The translations under genes and the position numbers were made by a program. A DNA stretch of 63,768 nt, the filler included, from Lama guanicoe (Eukaryota), in NCBI GenBank assembly GCA_013239625.1. It is 173 parts of 173 records of this genome, joined end to end, with 100 filler letters (N's around TTAATTAATTAA, not from the genome) between each part and the next. Parts side by side here need not be neighbours in the genome. Positions count along the whole stretch, not along the records: positions 25,460 to 25,728 come from PNXV01051269.1; positions 25,829 to 26,097 come from PNXV01051270.1; positions 26,198 to 26,466 come from PNXV01051271.1; positions 26,567 to 26,835 come from PNXV01051272.1; positions 26,936 to 27,204 come from PNXV01051273.1; positions 27,305 to 27,573 come from PNXV01051274.1; positions 27,674 to 27,942 come from PNXV01051275.1; positions 28,043 to 28,311 come from PNXV01051276.1; 165 more parts are not named here. One strand, 5' to 3'. The notes below the pieces were generated by a model. It was not told where the DNA came from, ran no database searches, and saw only the letters and a program-made list of their open reading frames with translations. Shown here piece by piece: positions 25,360-37,165 of this stretch. Positions within the stretch are counted from its first letter, which is position 1, and every line of letters starts with the position of its first letter.

Positions 25360-26413
25360 NNNNNNNNNNNNNNNNNNNNNNNNNNNNNNNNNNNNNNNNN
25401 NNNTTAATTAATTAANNNNNNNNNNNNNNNNNNNNNNNNNNNNNNNNNNNNNNNNNNNNTTAATTTGCCTGCAGCCATTGCCATACAGTTAACAAAACTG
25501 ATGCCACTGATTCTCCACTACCAGATCATCAGAAAGAACAGAAAATGGACCATTACTAAGAAAGAGTTTGATTTACTTTTCTTCTTTAGGGTTTAGACCA
25601 AGTTCAATAACTAGCTAGTCATTGTACCTGCTAAGTCTTCTCATGCCTGGGAGCTGGAGATAGCTTACCACACCACTCCCTCCAAGCATTTCTCTAGCCA
25701 GTGCTCAGACCTGCTCAGGGTTGGAAATNNNNNNNNNNNNNNNNNNNNNNNNNNNNNNNNNNNNNNNNNNNNTTAATTAATTAANNNNNNNNNNNNNNNN
25801 NNNNNNNNNNNNNNNNNNNNNNNNNNNNGAAACGCGCTTCCCAGTTCCCAAAGGCGGACACTCTGAAGATGGATATGATGTATTAATTCTGTGTTTTTAC
25901 AGATTTATGCTCTGCAGACGCAACTACATTTTTCCAAGAGAAGAAAGCAAGGACTGACTTCAGCTTTGGTACCTCAGGAAGGGCACGATGGGACTAGTGG
26001 GTCTTCCCGTCTCTTAAAGGAGGCAGCAGGGATTCCTGAAATGAAAAGGAAGAGCCTGCTGTTTGACCTGGAGTTTCTAAGACCCCACTTTTAAAACNNN
26101 NNNNNNNNNNNNNNNNNNNNNNNNNNNNNNNNNNNNNNNNNTTAATTAATTAANNNNNNNNNNNNNNNNNNNNNNNNNNNNNNNNNNNNNNNNNNNNTCT
26201 CTCGTTCCTGCTGGACATCATGAAATCTTGTTAAAACTGCTTTTTTCAGGGATCAACTATACTTTGGGCCCAGTCTGCCTGGTTGCAAACACTGTGGGAA
26301 GCCCCACCTCTGCTAGGTGACCATCTAACCCTTCCTATTGGTGTATAATCTGTTGACTTCCTTCTTGTTTTTACTATTCTTACTCTCCTGAAATGCCTTC
26401 AAGTGTATAGGCT

Positions 26414-26466
26414 TGTCATAGAAAAGAACAAATCTGACTCCATATTGGATCTGTTTCTTTGGCTTC
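26414..26466 (+). mobile_element. ERV LTR 5' end
   Basis: TGtcatagaaaagaacaaatctgactccatattggatctg; the contig breaks ~50 bp into it. Confidence 0.55.
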
Positions 26467-28042
26467 NNNNNNNNNNNNNNNNNNNNNNNNNNNNNNNNNN
26501 NNNNNNNNNNTTAATTAATTAANNNNNNNNNNNNNNNNNNNNNNNNNNNNNNNNNNNNNNNNNNNNGCCTGGTCTGCTGGGAGGCCCCGGTTCATGCTGA
26601 CCATGCTGCCCCTGCCCTGGGGTCCCCAGGGTTTCAAAGATCAAGGTGGCATGAGCTTTGCTGAGTGCAGGACTGCAGAACCAAGAAGTCTCTTCCTGAG
26701 GGAGTCGGCGGGGAGCTGTCCTCAGCGCGGCCTGAGTGATGCCCGGCGGGGGCGCAGGGCTGGACGGGTCCCCAGACAAGCCTGCCGGCGGGAGAGCAAT
26801 CAGATGCCCTCTCGTGACCAGGGTTTAGGTCCATCNNNNNNNNNNNNNNNNNNNNNNNNNNNNNNNNNNNNNNNNNNNNTTAATTAATTAANNNNNNNNN
26901 NNNNNNNNNNNNNNNNNNNNNNNNNNNNNNNNNNNTTTGTCTCCCACCAGCACATTCCACAGCCACGTCACAGCACTGTCCCAGAGATCAAGAACATAGG
27001 CTATGGTCTGTGCATTGATAAGCAATACACCAGCAGCATACCTAGTGGGAAGCAAAATGTAACTTTTATAAAAATCATATAAATGTATAATTTTATGACC
27101 TCACGGTGTTGCTGATCTTCTGTAGAAGTACCATGAAGTGCTCAGAACTAAATCATTTCACTCATGGAGTGTGGGTGTGTGTATTTTTGTGTAGCATGTT
27201 TCTGNNNNNNNNNNNNNNNNNNNNNNNNNNNNNNNNNNNNNNNNNNNNTTAATTAATTAANNNNNNNNNNNNNNNNNNNNNNNNNNNNNNNNNNNNNNNN
27301 NNNNGTTTACATGTAGGAGTTAAAGGAGAACAGACAAGATCTGTACGTATTGGATAAACCTTACAAACAGTGTCGAATGGAGAAAAGCAACTTTTAAAGG
27401 GATAGGTCCACTCATGTAAATTTCAGAAGCAACCAAAACAATTCTATAGGTTGTTTATAGATATAAACAGAAGAAATGAAGGCATAAATTCCATGAAGGA
27501 GGGAAACACACCAACAATAGTTAATGTCGGAAGATTAGTGCATTTGGTTTGGAGGGGGAGGAGTCAGATGGGGNNNNNNNNNNNNNNNNNNNNNNNNNNN
27601 NNNNNNNNNNNNNNNNNTTAATTAATTAANNNNNNNNNNNNNNNNNNNNNNNNNNNNNNNNNNNNNNNNNNNNGCTGTGGCAGGAAACCTGGGGGACAGG
27701 GACTCGAGTGGCCCTTCCTGGCTCCATGGGTCACTCTTAGATGCCCTGATGGCCTCCACTCCTGACCTGGCCTCCTCCCTGCCTCCGGTGTCAGCTCGAG
27801 TTTCTCTGGAGGCCCTGCTTCCCAAACAAAGCTCAAGCTTGATAAAGAGAGCACAGATACTAGAAACTGCAGCCAACGCTGTAAAATATAGGTTTAACTT
27901 GTGTTCCAGAACTTCCACTTATAGGGACCAGTCCTAAAAACTNNNNNNNNNNNNNNNNNNNNNNNNNNNNNNNNNNNNNNNNNNNNTTAATTAATTAANN
28001 NNNNNNNNNNNNNNNNNNNNNNNNNNNNNNNNNNNNNNNNNN

Positions 28043-28311
28043 TATGGTATAATTTATATTCAGTAATATTCACTCATTTTACGTGTATAGTTTTCTAAAT
28101 TATATAAGTCTCCACTATAAGGTATGGAAGAGCTCCATCACTGGAAAACAGTCCCTCCTGCCCTTTTGCAGTCACTTCCCGAACCCCCTGGCCTAAGACA
28201 ACAACTGATCTGTTTTCTGTCACTACACCTCTGTCTTTCCTAAAATTTCATATAAATCGAACCACATACTATGTGGTCCTTTTGCTCAACCTCAACTTGG
28301 GACAATGCTTT
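28043..28311 (-). mobile_element. L1ME-type 3' end
   Basis: ggtataatttatattcagtaatattcactcatttta ... caactgatctgttttctgtcacta. Confidence 0.78.
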
Positions 28312-28780
28312 NNNNNNNNNNNNNNNNNNNNNNNNNNNNNNNNNNNNNNNNNNNNTTAATTAATTAANNNNNNNNNNNNNNNNNNNNNNNNNNNNNNNNN
28401 NNNNNNNNNNNTCAGATTTTCACACCTAGCATTGTCTATAATGGACAAAGTGTAAACACAATCCCCTCCCTCAGAAATGCCCACTGTCTTAGAGGAATGA
28501 AAGAAGATAAGGAGGGGGAAGAAAGAAAAGAAAAGAAAAAAATAACACAAAGGAACAGCAACAGGAAAATGAAACAAACAAACAAAAAAACAAGCAGAGC
28601 AGAATTCACCAACCTGAACCAAAGTCAGCCAGTTGAGTCTGAGGTCCGTACCTCAAGCAGAAACCAAAGCATGACTGGGANNNNNNNNNNNNNNNNNNNN
28701 NNNNNNNNNNNNNNNNNNNNNNNNTTAATTAATTAANNNNNNNNNNNNNNNNNNNNNNNNNNNNNNNNNNNNNNNNNNNN

Positions 28781-29010
28781 CCATAGGTTGTCTTTTTGTT
28801 TTGCTTATTGTTTCCTTTGCTGTGCAAAAACATTTAAGTTTAATTAGGTCCCATTTGTTAATTTTTTGCATTTATTTCTGAGAGACATTTTCTTAAAGAA
28901 GATATACATATGGTAAATGAGCATATGAAAAGATGTTCAACCTCACTAATCATTAGGGAAATATGTCATTACACAATGAGATACCATTTCACATCCATTA
29001 GAATGACTCC
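28781..29010. mobile_element. LINE-1 ORF2 with inversion junction (minus 28781-28879, plus ~28882-29010)
   Basis: The left part is the reverse complement of a segment seen in sense at 52031-52299; the right part is the sense segment further downstream. Confidence 0.85.
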
Positions 29011-29149
29011 CATTAGAGAGAGAGAGGAGAGAGAAAGAAGAATAGGTATNNNNNNNNNNNNNNNNNNNNNNNNNNNNNNNNNNNNNNNNNNNNTTAATTA
29101 ATTAANNNNNNNNNNNNNNNNNNNNNNNNNNNNNNNNNNNNNNNNNNNN

Positions 29150-29418
29150 AGGTCATGGGACTATAACCTTACAAAATAGCCTGAATTACCAAGAAGACCA
29201 CTCCTTGGGTGCTCATGAGATAGAGATTGAAAGAGCGACAACCACTAGCCTCCATAGACTTGGTCATCTGGAGACACTGTGACGCCACTCTGAGTCTTAT
29301 GAGAAGAAAATAATTCTATTGATTGTTATCCATGCTTTATTGTTTGAGCTGTGGCTATATAACCACCCTGCCCCATCCCCAAGGTGGGTTCACAGTGTTG
29401 AAGGCACTAGCCTGCTGT
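29150..29418 (+). mobile_element. ERV1-type LTR, U3/R region
   Basis: TATA-like gctatataacc followed by cacagtgttgaaggcactagcctgctgt. Confidence 0.55.
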
Positions 29419-29887
29419 NNNNNNNNNNNNNNNNNNNNNNNNNNNNNNNNNNNNNNNNNNNNTTAATTAATTAANNNNNNNNNNNNNNNNNNNNNNNNNN
29501 NNNNNNNNNNNNNNNNNNAGCCTAGAGCCATGGAAAATCAATCAATCAATCATTACCCTCACTTACGTAGGCAATCTTTGTGGTTTCCAAAGTACTTTCA
29601 CAGTACCAACAGCATAGGATTGTCTCCCTGAGCTGTAACATCCTTATAAATGTTTGTTTTCCAGATGGAGGTGTCAAATAGTTTGTTGGATACAATAGTG
29701 TTGGAAGGTTCTTTCATCATCACTTTCTAAATTCTATCCTAATTCAGATATTTCATCTTTTAGACTTCAGTTGGATTTTCCTGGAAANNNNNNNNNNNNN
29801 NNNNNNNNNNNNNNNNNNNNNNNNNNNNNNNTTAATTAATTAANNNNNNNNNNNNNNNNNNNNNNNNNNNNNNNNNNNNNNNNNNNN

Positions 29888-30085
29888 TGTGGTCAGGGAA
29901 CATACTTGGCATGATTTTAATCCTTTTACATTTATTGAGGTTTGTTCTATGGCCCACGATACTTGGGCACATGTTCTGTGTGCACCGACAAAGAATTTAT
30001 ATTTCACCGTTGCTGGCTGGATGTTCTGTAAATGCAATCAGGTCAAGGTGGTTGCAATGCTGTTTAAGTCTTCTATGTCTTTACA
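29888..30085 (-). mobile_element. Old LINE-1 ORF2 endonuclease fragment
   Basis: tgtggtcag ... tttattgaggtttgttctatggccca ... ggatgttctgtaaatg. Confidence 0.75.
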
Positions 30086-30328
30086 GACTCGCTAACTCCT
30101 TTCAAAGAAGTTTTCTGAATGAGAAGCAGCAGTCTTTTGTGTTTACTCACATACTGNNNNNNNNNNNNNNNNNNNNNNNNNNNNNNNNNNNNNNNNNNNN
30201 TTAATTAATTAANNNNNNNNNNNNNNNNNNNNNNNNNNNNNNNNNNNNNNNNNNNNCGTACTGGGACAGACCAAGGGGGTCTTGTGATTCTGTCTTGTGT
30301 CTGATATGCTGACCTTGGCCTCCCCCAG

Positions 30329-30525
30329 GGAAGATTATCAGACCTATCAAGAACTTTTCTGGCTGCTTCTGGGAGTTGTGTGGCCCCAACGGGACAGTGG
30401 TGAAGAAGTGGACCACCTGCCCGTCCACCACGCCACCCTCATCCCCCTCACCACCCAGCACCACTCCTGGCACCACCACCACCACCAGCACCACCCCCTC
30501 CACAGCCACCCCCACCACCCGCTCC
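30329..30525 (+). CDS. MUC2: Mucin-2-like exon: Cys linker after VWD3 running into a PTS region
   Basis: Acceptor cctcccccag| at 30328; GKIIRPIKNFSGCFWELCGPNGTVVKKWTTCPSTTPP...TTTTTSTTP parallels human MUC2 GKILNQTQDGAFCYWEICGPNGTVEKHFNIC plus T-rich run. Confidence 0.85.
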
Positions 30526-30625
30526 NNNNNNNNNNNNNNNNNNNNNNNNNNNNNNNNNNNNNNNNNNNNTTAATTAATTAANNNNNNNNNNNNNNNNNNN
30601 NNNNNNNNNNNNNNNNNNNNNNNNN

Positions 30626-30893
30626 TCAGTCTGATTCCTAGTGCCAGTTTGAAGTTCCTGCATTTTTCACTGTAAAAACGAGTTGGAACATTTCCCTCCC
30701 CATATATATGTATGTAGTGGAGTTTACAACTCAAAAGAAACTTTTGTTCCATTCAATATATGTGAAGGGCGTTTTTCACATACAATTTTCTCTTTGAACT
30801 GAGCATGGTTAGAGAAGTTCTTTCAACCAGCACAAAGGGAACGGGTTGCAGGAGAAAGACTAACTATGGTTTCGCAGTCTGTTTCCTAGTTCG
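30626..30893 (+). repeat. ~248-bp satellite, copy 2
   Basis: cagtctgattcctagt at 30627 recurs as cagtctgtttcctagt at 30875 (period 248). Confidence 0.88.
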
Positions 30894-30993
30894 NNNNNNN
30901 NNNNNNNNNNNNNNNNNNNNNNNNNNNNNNNNNNNNNTTAATTAATTAANNNNNNNNNNNNNNNNNNNNNNNNNNNNNNNNNNNNNNNNNNNN

Positions 30994-31262
30994 AATGTGC
31001 ATTACAAAACTTTCATCCACCATATTAGACGTATTTAAATTTCATGCTATTTACTTTTATTCCACAGGTGTTCCCTAACAGCAGTTTCGAACATCGGGCA
31101 TTTTTCAAAGAAAAATTCTCTTTGAGAGTCTTCTACCCAATAGACATGTAATTTAAGGAGTTACCCTCAATGTGACATTCTGTGTTCCTAACACGGCATG
31201 TTGCACAGAAAACTCCCCTTGTTGCGATTTCTACCCAATACACATGTAATTTACATAGTTTC
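30994..31262. repeat. Degenerate tandem repeat, ~98-bp period (possible second satellite)
   Basis: ttctacccaatagacatgtaattta (31131) and ttctacccaatacacatgtaattta (31229) match 24/25, with upstream similarity too. Confidence 0.65.
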
Positions 31263-32215
31263 NNNNNNNNNNNNNNNNNNNNNNNNNNNNNNNNNNNNNN
31301 NNNNNNTTAATTAATTAANNNNNNNNNNNNNNNNNNNNNNNNNNNNNNNNNNNNNNNNNNNNTCCTGTCCTCTGGGAGCTCTGAGCTCACGACACCACCA
31401 GCAACAGGTTACGTTTCGGCTCGAATGAACTGGTCTTGCCCGTTTTGGCTACAGTAAGCAGAGTTCTTTATAGGCCCGAGCTGCTTACGGCTCAGGGTAG
31501 CTTTCTCTTCCTAGTGGCCAAGATCTGAATGGTTGGGACAAGGAGCGTGAAACTTAGAACTGAATTTTGGCCTTTCTTCTGTATCACATAGTTATATTTA
31601 GGAGCCCTGGAATTAGGAATTTCTCCTTCCTNNNNNNNNNNNNNNNNNNNNNNNNNNNNNNNNNNNNNNNNNNNNTTAATTAATTAANNNNNNNNNNNNN
31701 NNNNNNNNNNNNNNNNNNNNNNNNNNNNNNNGTTTTGGGATAAGACCCAACCATGCCTCACCCCAACCAAGAGAAACAACTGTGGATTTGGCTTAGCTCA
31801 CCTGCCACTGGCCAAAAAACCAGACACCAATGGAGACGTAAGGTAGGGATTGTGAAAGAAAGAAGCCCCATCAGCAGGTGCAATCTGAATTTGATTCAGG
31901 ATGGAAAAACTGCGATCTTTTAGGATTGCTTCAGACAATTTCCTGCTATGTGACACTGGGCTTGGAGTAGCTCTTCACACCGCCTTCAGAATAAAGTAAA
32001 NNNNNNNNNNNNNNNNNNNNNNNNNNNNNNNNNNNNNNNNNNNNTTAATTAATTAANNNNNNNNNNNNNNNNNNNNNNNNNNNNNNNNNNNNNNNNNNNN
32101 CTGAGGTGTCATCTCCAATGTGAGTTTCTCCCATACAGAAAGTGTTTTCTCTCTCCTTTTTTCCCCCTGGTATTTGTGGCTTCCTGCTCCTCTGGAGCTG
32201 TCATAGGCAACGTCA

Positions 32216-32369
32216 ATGAAGAACAGAACTTCATCCTCTGACTTTATCCTCCTGGGGCTTCTGATAAACCCTAGAACTACAGGGATTGTCTTTGCGGTCA
32301 TCTTCGCTATTTTTGTGGTGGCTGTAACTGCACATATGGTCATGATATTCTTGATCCAGGTGGACTCCC
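32216..32369 (+). CDS. Olfactory receptor, family 2T (OR2T11-like), N-terminus and TM1
   Basis: MKNRTSSSDFILLGLLINPRTTGIVFAVIFAIFVVAVTAHMVMIFLIQVDS: N-glycosylation sequon, FILLGL motif, TM1, leading to the expected (R)LHTPMY. Confidence 0.9.
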
Positions 32370-32469
32370 NNNNNNNNNNNNNNNNNNNNNNNNNNNNNNN
32401 NNNNNNNNNNNNNTTAATTAATTAANNNNNNNNNNNNNNNNNNNNNNNNNNNNNNNNNNNNNNNNNNNN

Positions 32470-32501
<32 letters not shown>

Positions 32502-32737
32502 TACACTATATCTTCTTTATCCAGTCATCTGTCCATGGACATTTAGGTTGCTTCCACATATTGGCTATTGTAAATAATGCTGCTATGAACACTGGGGTGC
32601 ACATATCTTTTCAAATTAGAGTTTTCTCCAGATATCTACCCAGAGTGGGATTGCTGGATCATATGGTAACTCTATTTTTTGTTTTTTAGAGGAGCCTCCA
32701 TACTGTTTTCCATAGTGGCTGCACCAATTTACATTCC
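32470..32737 (-). mobile_element. LINE-1 3' end preceded by a (TG)n microsatellite
   Basis: atggacatttaggttgcttcca ... ccatactgttttccatagtggctgcaccaatttacattcc. Confidence 0.92.
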
Positions 32738-33225
32738 NNNNNNNNNNNNNNNNNNNNNNNNNNNNNNNNNNNNNNNNNNNNTTAATTAATTAANNNNNNN
32801 NNNNNNNNNNNNNNNNNNNNNNNNNNNNNNNNNNNNNGTATGGATGCACAGTAATTTAACAATTCTCTTACCAAGCATCATTTAGGCTGTTACTGTATTT
32901 TCCTTTCTCACATATCTTTTTATGTTTAATTTTATTTGTTCTATTTATTGAATTTTTAATGTTCTCTATTCCTTTCATATAACCCAGAAGAGCCTAATGT
33001 TTGACATTTCTCTTATTTTTTTGAAAAATAAAAAGCCAATTAAATTGCCTTTTTCATATTGATCATCAATGGTTTCTATCTCCTTTGAGTCACTAATCCG
33101 AAAAAGNNNNNNNNNNNNNNNNNNNNNNNNNNNNNNNNNNNNNNNNNNNNTTAATTAATTAANNNNNNNNNNNNNNNNNNNNNNNNNNNNNNNNNNNNNN
33201 NNNNNNGTACCCATCAACCATAGAT

Positions 33226-33424
33226 CAGTAGTCCTCAACTGAGGGCAGTTTTGGCTCCCAAGGGACACTTCTCAGTATCTGAAGACAACTGTTATTATCA
33301 CAGCTGGAAAAGACGTACGACTGGTGTCTAGTGGGATCCTACAATGTACAGGAAAGTCCCCCGTACACCCAAAAATGAGTTATCAAACCCTAAAGGTCAG
33401 TAGTGCCAAGGTTGAAAAACTCTT
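33226..33424 (+). mobile_element. MER20 hAT-Charlie element
   Basis: Termini cagtagtcctcaact ... ggttgaaaaactct; internal atcctacaatgtacagga and tcagtagtgccaagg. Confidence 0.85.
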
Positions 33425-33944
33425 CTGATGACAAAGCCCCTAAAGCTACAGTTAGCCTTGGATAACAAAATGGTANNNNNNNNNNNNNNNNNNNNNNNNN
33501 NNNNNNNNNNNNNNNNNNNTTAATTAATTAANNNNNNNNNNNNNNNNNNNNNNNNNNNNNNNNNNNNNNNNNNNNTTGCCAACTCAAAGGACTGACTCTA
33601 TGCCAATTTACTTAGAGTTTGTTGTCACCACTGAAGAGTAAGTTTCTAGAGAGCAGGGACCCTTACTTGCTTGTCTTTGTTGACTTCTGTGTCATGAACT
33701 GACCTAGTTTCAATAAGGTTCTATTAAAGTTATGACTGCCTCTTGGGTCTTTGACTACACTTCTCTATAGAAGATCCACTAAGACATAGAGATATAACCT
33801 CTTATTTGTGGTCCCAACAAAATCATCTGAGGAGAAATAGAACTNNNNNNNNNNNNNNNNNNNNNNNNNNNNNNNNNNNNNNNNNNNNTTAATTAATTAA
33901 NNNNNNNNNNNNNNNNNNNNNNNNNNNNNNNNNNNNNNNNNNNN

Positions 33945-34213
33945 AACATAGGGGAAAAAATCTTTGGTGTAGGTCTTGTCAGTGATTTTCTGAGTATGAC
34001 CCCTAAAGCATAAACAACAAAATAAAAAATAAACAAGTGGGACCACATAAAACCAAAAAACTGCTGCATAGCAAAAGAAATGATTGACAAAATGAAAAGG
34101 CAGCCCATGGAATGGGAGAAAATATTTGCAAATCCTGTATCTGATAAAAATGAATATCCAAAGTATATAAAGAACCCATACAACTCAATAGCCAAAGAAT
34201 AAAACCCAAACAA
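33945..34213 (+). mobile_element. LINE-1 ORF2 fragment
   Basis: aaacaagtgggaccacataaaac ... gaatgggagaaaatatttgcaaatc. Confidence 0.9.
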
Positions 34214-35051
34214 NNNNNNNNNNNNNNNNNNNNNNNNNNNNNNNNNNNNNNNNNNNNTTAATTAATTAANNNNNNNNNNNNNNNNNNNNNNNNNNNNNNN
34301 NNNNNNNNNNNNNCCTCCTGTTTTGCAGCTTCACTGTGTTTTGGGGTCTTCAGTGCATGTTGTTCCTGCCTCTTCATCCTCTCTCAGGGAGTGTCCAGTC
34401 CAGGGAAATAGAGCTGGAACTGTCTGAGGCTTGGAGCCCCTGCAGTCAGCCCCCTTCCCATGGGCAAGATGGGGAGACTGAACTTAGGGCAGGAGCCACC
34501 AAGTTTGATCTACAGGCAGTGAATCACACACCTCTAGGGAGCACCAGACCCTGGGCTCAGCCTCTGTGGACCATCATACACANNNNNNNNNNNNNNNNNN
34601 NNNNNNNNNNNNNNNNNNNNNNNNNNTTAATTAATTAANNNNNNNNNNNNNNNNNNNNNNNNNNNNNNNNNNNNNNNNNNNNTACAAAATTGTAACTGGA
34701 AAACTGAACCATTATCCTAAGCACGCTCTTTCGATGAAGCCAGGTTACAATGATTTGTGTAAAACACAATAGCTATAAATGAATGGATTGTAAATAACTT
34801 ATTTCTTGACTTCTGCAGCCCTTTAGAAGGCTGACCCACATGGCAAAAGAGATTTCAGAGACGGTTTTGCTGTTATGTGTGTAATCACAGTCCAAACCCC
34901 ATTTAAATTTTTGGCACAGTGTCTGTCATCCTATCAGAAACTGGTATCACCNNNNNNNNNNNNNNNNNNNNNNNNNNNNNNNNNNNNNNNNNNNNTTAAT
35001 TAATTAANNNNNNNNNNNNNNNNNNNNNNNNNNNNNNNNNNNNNNNNNNNN

Positions 35052-35320
35052 GTTCGTTCATCTACCATAAGGGGATTGGGTAGGAGTAGAAACACTTATT
35101 CTGGTTTCTCAGTATGTTTCCCAATGCTGGTTTGAAGTTCATGCAGTTTTCACTGTAAAACCGAGTTGAAGCTAGTACCTCCCTATATATATGTTTGTAG
35201 TGTAGTGTCCTGCTCAAAAAAAAAAACTCTGTGTTCCCAACAAGATGGGTGACTGATGGCTTTCACATACACTTATCTCTTAAAATTGAGTATGTGGAGA
35301 GATGTACGTTCATCTAACAT
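35052..35320 (+). repeat. ~248-bp satellite, copy 3
   Basis: gttcgttcatcta at 35052 recurs as gtacgttcatcta at 35304 (period 252, with an expanded A-run). Confidence 0.88.
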
Positions 35321-36924
35321 NNNNNNNNNNNNNNNNNNNNNNNNNNNNNNNNNNNNNNNNNNNNTTAATTAATTAANNNNNNNNNNNNNNNNNNNNNNNN
35401 NNNNNNNNNNNNNNNNNNNNGTGAAGGAAACGATACTTAGTAAAAGGTTACCACTTAGTTCTCAATCAAGACAGGGAATGAGAAAATTACTGAGAGGTTA
35501 GTTCAAATTTGAAAGGGTTAAATGAGCCTCCTTATAAAACTATTGCCAAACAAAGAGAAAAAATTCAAAATATTTTCAACAACACTAACCAACATTGATA
35601 CCAAAATATGACAAAGGCAAGAACTGTTGAAATTACTGCTGAATATGCACATCTAAATACAGTTATGCCAAGCAGAGCTCCATGATGTANNNNNNNNNNN
35701 NNNNNNNNNNNNNNNNNNNNNNNNNNNNNNNNNTTAATTAATTAANNNNNNNNNNNNNNNNNNNNNNNNNNNNNNNNNNNNNNNNNNNNAAAAAAATGTA
35801 ATTAATCAGCTGTACTGAAGGAAACCTTAACAACTGGGACATGGAACATTTGGCTAATATCAGAGTTCCATATTCTTACAACTTGTTCCTGCTGAGGTCA
35901 GGGAAAATCTTATTCTTTACGTCCCCGAAACCTGGAAGAAGCAGCTCTTCCCTTTCTGATCCTTAAGAAACAGGTGCAGGCACAGGTGCAGATGCTCTAA
36001 AACTGGAGTAGAGATTTCTAGTGTTAATGAAATGTTTCTTAATCTCTTCAGATGGAAANNNNNNNNNNNNNNNNNNNNNNNNNNNNNNNNNNNNNNNNNN
36101 NNTTAATTAATTAANNNNNNNNNNNNNNNNNNNNNNNNNNNNNNNNNNNNNNNNNNNNCATGACAATAAGGCACATTTAAAGACAAGTCACTGGTATGAG
36201 GCTCCACGATCAGCAGTTCACCTGAAGTGCTTATTAGCGTACTAGTAGGATAAGATACTTCCCCATATCACAGACGGCAAAACTGAGGGCTCAGAAAAGG
36301 TACTCCCCCCCGCTCAAGGATACAGCATGCTGAAACCAGGGCTCAAACCCATGTCTGTTCTGCCTCTCACAGTCCACCGGATGCTGCATCCAGTTCTCCC
36401 AGCAATGCTGGTGGGAGCTCAGAAGAANNNNNNNNNNNNNNNNNNNNNNNNNNNNNNNNNNNNNNNNNNNNTTAATTAATTAANNNNNNNNNNNNNNNNN
36501 NNNNNNNNNNNNNNNNNNNNNNNNNNNAAAAAAAAAGCCAGCTCTGATCCCCAGCTCAGCCCTCAGTTGAGTGCATTTGGGAACTCTGGTCTCGATGACT
36601 TCCCACACCACGCCTGGAGCTGTCCGTTAGATGCCCAGCCTGCCCGTACTGGAACCAGCCTCTGCAGCTAAGCTGCTTTCCCCCAGACCACACTCCTCCA
36701 GCCCTCCCTCTACCAGGAACAAGACTGCTCAGGGTGCAGATTAATTCTCACCCAATAGGCATTGTCCTTTGAGAAATATGTGGAGAGGTGAAACACNNNN
36801 NNNNNNNNNNNNNNNNNNNNNNNNNNNNNNNNNNNNNNNNTTAATTAATTAANNNNNNNNNNNNNNNNNNNNNNNNNNNNNNNNNNNNNNNNNNNNCTCT
36901 CTACAGGCTTTGAACTTGGCTGTT

Positions 36925-37165
36925 TTAACTTTAATGCATAGTGAAGTAAGCGTGTATACAAGAAAGAATGCAAATCTTAAATGTATACTTTGGTGAATAT
37001 TGACAGGGTTATCACACCTTGCGTCACCAGAGATTCATTTTGCCTGTTTTTGAGCTTCATATGAATGGTGTCATGCATTTTGTGCTCTGAAGTATTTAGC
37101 TTTTTGCCCCTGCTAGACCTGTGAGATTCATTCATGTCCTGTGCAGCAGCAGTTTGCTCTCTTTT
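36925..37165 (-). mobile_element. L1ME-type 3' end
   Basis: atgcaaatcttaaatgtatac ... ttttgcctgtttttgagcttcatatgaatgg ... gtgagattcattcatg. Confidence 0.7.

Noticed and set aside
30297..30525. Poly-His protein (ORF 30297) or poly-Val antisense ORF
   Set aside because: Alternative frames of the mucin ACC-rich Thr tract.
31085..31099. CENP-B box (tttcgaacatcgggc)
   Set aside because: Only 5 nt between TTCG and CGGG; the canonical box needs 7.
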